From IMG/VR virus record IMGVR_UViG_3300009164_003518, positions 1 to 64,000 of that record: 64,000 bases of DNA. One strand, 5' to 3'. The notes under the pieces are model-generated. The model was not told where the DNA came from. It made no database searches and worked only from the letters and a program-made list of their open reading frames with translations. Positions 57,799-64,000 of this stretch are shown in pieces; the first letter of the stretch is position 1; every line of letters starts with the position of its first letter. The DNA comes from an uncultured virus (IMG/VR IMGVR_UViG_3300009164_003518) (lineage: Duplodnaviria; Heunggongvirae; Uroviricota; Caudoviricetes). The position numbers and the translations under genes were made by a program.

Positions 57799-59213
57799 TA
57801 TGCAAATATCGTTCCGCCGACTTGCTGGCCGCCGGCTGCTTTAAGTTTATGTAAGTATCCAATGTTGGTACCAGGACCATAAGCTGCCGGATTGGCAGCA
57901 GTGAATCGTTGAATATCCTTTGGAGCATTAGGTAAGTGCTCTTTGATACCAGTTAGTATCGAAGTTAACTGTCGTTGTGTTGGGCCTCGAGTAAAATTAG
58001 GACTGGCTGCATGTCCGTCGGCACTGGTTCCAGTAACTGCTTGGAATTGGTTAGGAGCCATTAGCACACTGACAACACTGTTGCCCCACTTACCGGATCT
58101 CGTTCTATTTAAGATAACTGCCATGACCAGGGCCTGCTCTTCTGAGTTGTTACTTGCTTCTGCAGAAACTGCTCTTAATAGGTAGTTCCATTCTTTCTCG
58201 TCCATGTCTCTACCTAAGAACTTGTCGGCAGTTGCTTTGCCTTCTTTGACTGTTTCGTCTGATGCTAATGCGGCTAAGTCGGCAGCGCCTTTACTATAGT
58301 CTGTGCTCTTAACATCCTTGTCTGTACTCTTAGTAATTGTAATACCTTTAGTAGCAATCAATTTATTAAGTGCGGCTACAGTTTCTGTGCCCGGATCACC
58401 ATCTACAGTAAGACTATTTGCCTGTTGGAATGCTTTAACAGCCTCAACAGTTTCAGGGCCACGTATCCCATCTGGACCATGCTTTGGTAATTTATATCCT
58501 AACGCTATCAATGCCTGCTGAACATCACGCACAGCAGGGCCTCTACGTCCGGTCGGAACATCAAGGGTGGGTGCAGAAGGCGAGCCGCCTTGGCCTGCTT
58601 TGTCTTTGGTGCGAGGTGCGCCTGGTGCGCCTGTACTGTTTCCTAAGGAAACACCGCTACCAGATTGAGCTGTAACTTTATTGGCTACTTCTTTATAAAC
58701 AGCCATAGTGGCATGCACGCCATCTGTTAATGGCTTGCCGTCGATATCGATAATAGGAACATCGATTGCACCTTTGATAGCATTGCGAACTTCTTCTTGA
58801 TAATCGCCGCCGTAGTATTGAGCAAGGCCTGCGCCACTGCCTGGGCCATTAGGAAATAGCATAAAATATACTTTGGCGGGCTGTTGTGCTTGAACTTTAG
58901 CAACTACATTGGCCACGTTAGATGCAATAGTAGCTGCCGGAACTGGCTTACGCTGTCCTTTACTATCTATAACTGATCTCGATGCATTAGCAGTGTCGTT
59001 GGCACCCTGAGAAACTACTACAATCGCGCCTGCTGGTAGCTTACTGATATTAGCCAGCATTTGACTGTCTGTACTACTGCGGCCACCGATAGCTAAGTTA
59101 ACCCAATCTTTGCCTCCAGCGTGTGCGATAGCCACTGCATGGCTATCGCCTATCGTATAGAATTTTGGGGTTTCACCAGCTTCTTTTACAATTTTAAATT
59201 CGTTGAATCTCAT
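57798..59213 (-). CDS. Virion-associated muralytic fusion: SGNH esterase, peptidoglycan-binding domain and SleB-like hydrolase
   Basis: IGDSHA..G.ND..DGVH; VQQALIALGY..DGIRGPET..FQ..DG..G..T; AEA..VMAVILNR..NQFQ; start MRFNEF. Confidence 0.8.
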   Translation of the reverse strand: MRFNEFKIVKEAGETPKFYTIGDSHAVAIAHAGGKDWVNLAIGGRSSTDSQMLANISKLPAGAIVVVSQGANDTANASRSVIDSKGQRKPVPAATIASNVANVVAKVQAQQPAKVYFMLFPNGPGSGAGLAQYYGGDYQEEVRNAIKGAIDVPIIDIDGKPLTDGVHATMAVYKEVANKVTAQSGSGVSLGNSTGAPGAPRTKDKAGQGGSPSAPTLDVPTGRRGPAVRDVQQALIALGYKLPKHGPDGIRGPETVEAVKAFQQANSLTVDGDPGTETVAALNKLIATKGITITKSTDKDVKSTDYSKGAADLAALASDETVKEGKATADKFLGRDMDEKEWNYLLRAVSAEASNNSEEQALVMAVILNRTRSGKWGNSVVSVLMAPNQFQAVTGTSADGHAASPNFTRGPTQRQLTSILTGIKEHLPNAPKDIQRFTAANPAAYGPGTNIGYLHKLKAAGGQQVGGTIFA

Positions 59214-59458
59214 TGGCCTTTCCTTGTACCCCAATCAGGAATCTTGCCGCCATACTTTTTGCCTTTGACTTTGTGTCCGCCCATGACCATACGGCTCTTT
59301 GGACTCTTACCCATCTTATGGCTTTTGTCACCTTCGCGGGCACGTAGACCTTGACTCTTACAGGATGCAAGGTTACTTGCGCCTAAATCACTGTTAGACT
59401 TAGTGCTGATGCAAAGAGCTCGGGATGCTTTTTCTGTGATAATTTCGCTGACTTTCAT
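59210..59458 (-). CDS. Small basic probable capsid-internal protein
   Basis: MKVSEIITE; Lys-rich. Confidence 0.6.
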   Translation of the reverse strand: MKVSEIITEKASRALCISTKSNSDLGASNLASCKSQGLRAREGDKSHKMGKSPKSRMVMGGHKVKGKKYGGKIPDWGTRKGQ

Positions 59459-59469
59459 GTATGTATTTA

Positions 59470-60291
59470 TTAGCTTTCAGTATCCAGCCATTCATATACA
59501 TTTAGCCACTGTTGCTTACCCACAGTTTCTTTTAAGTGCTTTAAGTTTGCCTTAGTATTGCTACGAAAACGTTGTAGTTCTTGTTGCGAAACTGGTTCAT
59601 ATTCTATTTCTACACCTTCTTGGTCAGCAATATATTCAGCAATATCTAAGAAGCTATGGGCAAGGCCTGCACCCACGTTCCAAATGCCTGAACCGTTAAC
59701 AGTGGTCATGAAATCAGTATGTATACGGCAAACATCGCCTACCCATGTCCAATCTCTGTATACATGCTCGGCCGTTTCCCACACTGTGATCTTGCCTTCT
59801 TTGCGGGCCTGTTGACGCCATTTGTAAATGGCATTGGCTCGTTTACCTCTAAGATGCATCCACTTGCCGTAGACGTTAAAGTAACGAAACCCTTGTACCA
59901 TGATAGTAGGCTCTTGCTGGAATACCCAGCGATCAAATAGATACTTTGACCACGCATAAGGAGTCTGCGGATAGCAGGGAGCAAACTCACTGAAGTCTTT
60001 AGTTTGTCCGTAGACTGTGCTACTGCTGGCATACTGTAAGTTTACACCATTGTACTGACAGGCAGTGAATATCTCTTGACTGAATTCGAAGTTTTGTTTT
60101 AATACAGTGTCAACATCTGTATTGGCAACATCTGCTATTGCTCCGAGGTGTATAACCCAGTTGTAGGGCTTTACATTAGGGAAGTCTTTAGGATCCCACT
60201 CCCAACCTTCAACTTCATGTCCTTGTTGGTTTAACCAACTCATCATATTGCGACCAATAAACCCTTGGTGCCCGGTTACAAGAATCTTCAT
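59470..60291 (-). CDS. NAD-dependent epimerase (ADP-heptose 6-epimerase/RfaD-like)
   Basis: VTGHQGFIG, YASS, YAWSKYLFD, GFRYFNVYG, RDW..V.D. Confidence 0.85.
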   Translation of the reverse strand: MKILVTGHQGFIGRNMMSWLNQQGHEVEGWEWDPKDFPNVKPYNWVIHLGAIADVANTDVDTVLKQNFEFSQEIFTACQYNGVNLQYASSSTVYGQTKDFSEFAPCYPQTPYAWSKYLFDRWVFQQEPTIMVQGFRYFNVYGKWMHLRGKRANAIYKWRQQARKEGKITVWETAEHVYRDWTWVGDVCRIHTDFMTTVNGSGIWNVGAGLAHSFLDIAEYIADQEGVEIEYEPVSQQELQRFRSNTKANLKHLKETVGKQQWLNVYEWLDTES

Positions 60292-60335
60292 AGTTACCTC
60301 TCACTGAATATTTATAGGGTTGTTAAGAAGACATA

Positions 60336-60362
60336 AAAAAAGCAGCCCTGAGGCTGCTTTTA
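60336..60362 (-). terminator. Rho-independent terminator
   Basis: AAAGCAGCC-TCAG-GGCTGCTTT followed by TTTT. Confidence 0.85.
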
Positions 60363-60379
60363 ATTTAAGCAATAAGAGC

Positions 60380-60652
60380 TTAGACTAAGCCAGCTGCCAA
60401 TGCTTTGTAACCTGCGGCTACAACCTTACGGCTTGGCTTGCCAATTACATACTCAGTAACAGCAACACCATTGCCCGCGACACGCTTGTTTGCGTATACA
60501 GCATAACCGTTTTGACGGATGCGGCTAACTTCAGCACTGATGTTCTTAATGCCAAAACGCTTAGTGGCTTGTGCTGGAGTAACAACTTCGCCGTTGTACA
60601 ATGCGTTAAAAAGTTTGAAAGTCTTAGTTTCTGGATTGAAATGTTTAATCAT
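60380..60652 (-). CDS. Winged-helix DNA-binding protein
   Basis: TPAQATKRFGIKN..A.VSRIRQNGY..Y.IG.PSR..VAAGY. Confidence 0.7.
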   Translation of the reverse strand: MIKHFNPETKTFKLFNALYNGEVVTPAQATKRFGIKNISAEVSRIRQNGYAVYANKRVAGNGVAVTEYVIGKPSRKVVAAGYKALAAGLV

Positions 60653-60698
60653 AATAGTTTTCCTTGTTAGTGTTAGCTTTAATTGCTAACGTTCTATA

Positions 60699-60727
60699 AG
60701 TATAAGCGAAATGCGATGCAAGGTCAA
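60699..60727 (-). promoter_or_regulatory. sigma70 promoter
   Basis: TTGACC-17-TATACT. Confidence 0.75.
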
Positions 60728-60746
60728 GATAAACGGTAAAACACGT

Positions 60747-61094
60747 TTAAATTTTAATGCCCAATGTATCCACTTCTTCTTTTGATAATACGCCTTTAAA
60801 GGTCTTGCCGGGAAAACGCTGTCCAACCAAATCTAATGCTTCTTGAAGTGTAGCACCTTGTGCAAGGAATTCTTTAGTAGTATCGTTGTATAGATAAATC
60901 ACGTCATCATGTCGCTCTACTCTAAGAGGATCTGAGCTGTCAGTTTCAGCATCATCGGGTTGTTTAAATTTTTCTAAAATTGTAATTAGAGAACCGGGAT
61001 CCTCTAATAATTTATTCATTATTCGTTGAGTCCAGCGACTATGTAGCCACCAGCCGTAGATGAATCCCAATACAAAAGTTATTAAAATTTCCAT
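60747..61094 (-). CDS. Membrane-anchored hypothetical protein
   Basis: N-terminal TM helix; FLAQG..RFP. Confidence 0.65.
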   Translation of the reverse strand: MEILITFVLGFIYGWWLHSRWTQRIMNKLLEDPGSLITILEKFKQPDDAETDSSDPLRVERHDDVIYLYNDTTKEFLAQGATLQEALDLVGQRFPGKTFKGVLSKEEVDTLGIKI

Positions 61095-61095
61095 G

Positions 61096-61278
61096 TTATG
61101 AATTTACCGTTTCTGTGAATCGTTGTAAAAAAGCATCAACTAAGCAATTGTAAGTATTGCCAGTGTTAATGTTATCATAGTGAATCCAAGTTTCTTGATC
61201 ATTGTTAATTACGTTCGAGACTTTGAACACAATCGATGCAGATGTTGTCCACCGTGATCCTATTTTGATTTGTTTCAT
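61096..61278 (-). CDS. Small hypothetical protein
   Basis: Start MKQIKIGSRW; TAAATA upstream. Confidence 0.55.
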   Translation of the reverse strand: MKQIKIGSRWTTSASIVFKVSNVINNDQETWIHYDNINTGNTYNCLVDAFLQRFTETVNS

Positions 61279-61292
61279 ATCTTTATTTAATG

Positions 61293-61580
61293 TTAACTGC
61301 CCCATTTTAGTATCCAATATGTATAATCTTTAGCAGTTAGTTTAGCCGTTACGATGTAACTATATCCGTAAGTTAAGTGATCCGTTTGCCTATGCCATTC
61401 GGGTTGATCCACAGCATGATTCATAACCCATTGGCCCATTTCACTTTGCTGCCATTCCCAAAGTGGTTGTGCGGCATAGAGATCTGGATCATCAACATCA
61501 CCCATCTGAAAGCGATGCACTACCGCAGTTTTAATTTCAACTACTTGATCGTTAATGACATTAAACTGATTGAGATACAT
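61293..61580 (-). CDS. Hypothetical protein, C-terminal xLKW family
   Basis: GDVDDPDLYAAQPLWEWQ..YWILKW. Confidence 0.6.
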   Translation of the reverse strand: MYLNQFNVINDQVVEIKTAVVHRFQMGDVDDPDLYAAQPLWEWQQSEMGQWVMNHAVDQPEWHRQTDHLTYGYSYIVTAKLTAKDYTYWILKWGS

Positions 61581-61914
61581 TTTCCTCAGCGATGACCAAT
61601 CTCTTGAAAGTTTCGAAGTTTCCCCGTGCTCTATCAAGTCCGGGGTATTTTCCACATAGCTCATCTAACTGCTTTTCCTCTGCTTGTTTTTTGCTTGCCC
61701 AATCTAATATAGATTCTGCTTCGGGTGTTAGGCTTACTGTAGGATAGAATACGCTAAATTGTTTCCACATGTTGCCATCATTAACTTCCATACAGTTCAT
61801 ATTAGAGTTCCATCGAAGCATGCCGGCGCCTACTGATCCTGGGCTAATATATGGATCACTTACACCGCTGTTTGAAATAGTAATATACTTACTGCCATTG
61901 ATGTTTTTAATCAT
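61561..61914 (-). CDS. Hypothetical protein
   Basis: GMLRWN..MEVNDG..W..ILDWA..YPGL. Confidence 0.6.
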   Translation of the reverse strand: MIKNINGSKYITISNSGVSDPYISPGSVGAGMLRWNSNMNCMEVNDGNMWKQFSVFYPTVSLTPEAESILDWASKKQAEEKQLDELCGKYPGLDRARGNFETFKRLVIAEENVSQSV

Positions 61915-62138
61915 TCGTTACCACTCCATCTTAATATAAACCAGTCTCGTTGGCTTTCTTTACGGAAGCTGAACAATCTATCAGTCATCCGCATGCCTTT
62001 ACCAAACTCGCTGTTACACCAATCTTCCATTTCTTTAAGTTGAATTTCAGAAACTGGTATCGCATCTTCGTTATCATCGTCTTCAATAACTATGCCAGGT
62101 AGTCTAAACATACCCACTTCACAGGTCTTAAGTTTCAT
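61911..62138 (-). CDS. Hypothetical protein, FILRW family
   Basis: WC..FRKESQRDWFILRWS. Confidence 0.6.
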   Translation of the reverse strand: MKLKTCEVGMFRLPGIVIEDDDNEDAIPVSEIQLKEMEDWCNSEFGKGMRMTDRLFSFRKESQRDWFILRWSGNE

Positions 62139-62287
62139 AATGATTTAATCCGTTCAATAATCTGTTTTGCATCTAACATGTTGCTGGTTTCTAATAGTTT
62201 TTCAATAATACTATCTTGTTGATTATACACGGGTTGACACATATAGTCAAGACTGTACGGTTGTGTCCATTTAATTGAGTATTTCAT
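62135..62287 (-). CDS. Small protein, 50 aa
   Basis: MKYSIKWTQPY..IERIKSL*; ATGA overlaps at both ends; absent from the ORF track. Confidence 0.6.
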   Translation of the reverse strand: MKYSIKWTQPYSLDYMCQPVYNQQDSIIEKLLETSNMLDAKQIIERIKSL

Positions 62288-62565
62288 GAGCTCCACCTTA
62301 ATAAGAACATGGTTATTTGTTTGTCGTTAGTAAATTGAAACATGTCGAAACTGATACGCTTTCCACATTTACTATCCTGGCACCACTTTTGGATTGGATC
62401 CATGTCTGATTCTTTCAAACCCAATTCAAATCCTCTTTGTTGAGGCAACCATGTGGCTTTGAGTTTTCGTCCGGGCAGTTGATGCCAAATGATCTTAGGT
62501 GGATTAGGCAACATGCGCATGAATGCCTGCGCAGACATTGCTCGTTTACTGTTAAACCCTGTCAT
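62284..62565 (-). CDS. Hypothetical protein, FLLRW family
   Basis: WCQ..F..KQITMFLLRWS. Confidence 0.6.
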   Translation of the reverse strand: MTGFNSKRAMSAQAFMRMLPNPPKIIWHQLPGRKLKATWLPQQRGFELGLKESDMDPIQKWCQDSKCGKRISFDMFQFTNDKQITMFLLRWSS

Positions 62566-62888
62566 GACCACCTCAATATAAACCAATCACGATCTTTGGC
62601 ATTACGGAACCAAAACTTGGCATTGTTCACATACCAACGTTGATCAGCTGTCCGTACACCGTCTTTATGTGTAGGACCAAATGAGTTAACCATCCATTCC
62701 ATCATATCGCTCCACTTACCTTCTGCATTCATAGGAGCCACTGTGAGATACTCGTGACCAAACACTGTACCCTTGCTGTACTCTAAGTAGTAATCAAATA
62801 CATAGCCCATACCTTTAAGAACCTGCTTATCAATATCGTCAGACATGCGTTGTCCGGCAGCATCTAAGATTGCTTGTTCTAATGTCAT
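62562..62888 (-). CDS. Hypothetical protein, FILRW family
   Basis: WMVNSFGP..RW..FWFRNAKDRDWFILRWS. Confidence 0.6.
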   Translation of the reverse strand: MTLEQAILDAAGQRMSDDIDKQVLKGMGYVFDYYLEYSKGTVFGHEYLTVAPMNAEGKWSDMMEWMVNSFGPTHKDGVRTADQRWYVNNAKFWFRNAKDRDWFILRWS

Positions 62889-63250
62889 TTACGTGCTAAC
62901 TCCAACAGCATCACATACTTTTGATAGGCTTTTTCCACTGCGGGATTGTTCAGCCTAACATTCCTATCTTGTTCATAACGTGCCATCAGTTGTCGTTCTG
63001 AGTCAAGTCTTTTGTAATGTCCTTCTGCATCTGTAACAAAACCTATAAGGCTGTCTAATCTATCTTTGGGCATTAGGATGTCAACACAGTCTACTTCTTC
63101 AATTTGCATTGCTGTCTGATAGAAAGTATTATCGCTAACAGCATAATTCCAAGCATTTGTCTTGTGCCACATGTTAGGAATCCTGCGTAGCTTGCGACGG
63201 CTTTGCTCCACACGCATATCAAACTTGTTAAAAAATTCTTCTTCCTTCAT
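62885..63250 (-). CDS. Hypothetical protein
   Basis: NPAVEKAYQKY.MLLEL. Confidence 0.6.
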   Translation of the reverse strand: MKEEEFFNKFDMRVEQSRRKLRRIPNMWHKTNAWNYAVSDNTFYQTAMQIEEVDCVDILMPKDRLDSLIGFVTDAEGHYKRLDSERQLMARYEQDRNVRLNNPAVEKAYQKYVMLLELARK

Positions 63251-63465
63251 GATAGATACTTTAATGCAAATAGTGTTGAATACTTTTCTTCATAGAAGGT
63301 AAAATTAGTAAAGCCCTTGACATCACCAATCATTGGATCCCAACGGCTTTGATTGTAGGCAAAGTCAAAATGCACACCCTGTACCAATCCGCTGGCACGT
63401 AGTTCTTTAACTATCTCAATTACAGCTACTGGATTTTTATCTTTGACAACAACGGTTATAGCCAT
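63247..63465 (-). CDS. Hypothetical protein, FALKY variant
   Basis: GLVQGVHFDFAY..FYEEKYSTLFALKY. Confidence 0.6.
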   Translation of the reverse strand: MAITVVVKDKNPVAVIEIVKELRASGLVQGVHFDFAYNQSRWDPMIGDVKGFTNFTFYEEKYSTLFALKYLS

Positions 63466-63776
63466 TTAAGTTTGAACCAATTGGCTTCCTTGTCTGAGCG
63501 CAAATAGATCTTAGTGTCATAGAACTCAGTGTGCCAACACCAATGTGTGTTAACATTGAACTCGTCAGATAACATCTGCAGATAGTGTTCACGCTCACAG
63601 CTCATGCCCCACGTCTGTATGCACCAATCTCGGACCTCTTGAAACTTTGTAATCTTTTGACTCTTGTTTAGCTTGGTATGGATTATAGCAAACGAAGTGT
63701 TCTTAATGTCAACTACATAGGCAAACACATCTGAGCCAGTGTATCGCTTGTCTGTTTTCTTAACAGTGATCTTCAT
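63456..63776 (-). CDS. Hypothetical protein, FKLKW family
   Basis: RDWCIQTWG..IYL..EANWFKLKW. Confidence 0.6.
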   Translation of the reverse strand: MKITVKKTDKRYTGSDVFAYVVDIKNTSFAIIHTKLNKSQKITKFQEVRDWCIQTWGMSCEREHYLQMLSDEFNVNTHWCWHTEFYDTKIYLRSDKEANWFKLKWL

Positions 63777-63979
63777 TTGTCTTCAAAACCAAAGAGTACT
63801 TTTAAATCGGCGCCGAGCAGATGCCCGTGTTCCCAAGTGCTACGAGCATACCGATCGCACTCCAATATAACCATTTTAGTATATTGCTCCACTGCGGCTT
63901 CCCACTTGACTCGATCCTTGCCCAGGCCGTAGACATCAATATGTGATTCTCTAACAAGTTCTCTAATTCGTTCGTTCAT
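63773..63979 (-). CDS. Small hypothetical protein
   Basis: MNERIRELV..ILEC..FG; ATGA overlaps. Confidence 0.6.
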   Translation of the reverse strand: MNERIRELVRESHIDVYGLGKDRVKWEAAVEQYTKMVILECDRYARSTWEHGHLLGADLKVLFGFEDK

Positions 63980-64000
63980 TCTTCAACTCCAAAATGTTGT

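Noticed and set aside
1..64000. Stop-codon reassignment
   Set aside because: Known genes are full length in the standard code, and all three stop codons terminate genes.

Overview
This 64 kb window comes from a large (jumbo-type) dsDNA myophage with T4-like regulation. It is AT-rich, gene-dense, almost entirely minus-strand and uses the standard genetic code. The host is probably an aquatic proteobacterium, inferred from the DnaK, IscU/IscA and class Ia NrdAB types. Host-like genes: heme oxygenase plus a PcyX-type bilin reductase, 5-aminolevulinate synthase, ClpS, Hsp20, DnaK, ribosomal protein bS21, IscU/IscA, glutaredoxin, NrdAB, YbaN, YqgE, a phasin-like protein and an RfaD-like epimerase. 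Virion-related genes: a block of probable capsid-internal proteins with a T4 IP-like N-terminal targeting motif, PAAR, and a tail or fibre module with 2260 aa and 2956 aa proteins. Main observations: (1) a phage tetrapyrrole/bilin pathway co-occurs with a tail protein carrying two phycobiliprotein-like C-x-R-D chromophore-site motifs, suggesting bilin-decorated virions; (2) two A-AAA-AAG (A9) sites join adjacent ORFs in the -1 frame, one with a perfect downstream hairpin; (3) twin ROSE-like RNA thermometers precede dnaK and hsp20; (4) a repeat-containing structured leader precedes a holin/XhlA-like gene; (5) capsid-targeted nucleotidyltransferases and an SGNH-SleB fusion are present. No tRNA, rRNA, CRISPR array or reverse transcriptase was recognised. 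All calls are by eye, with no database searches.
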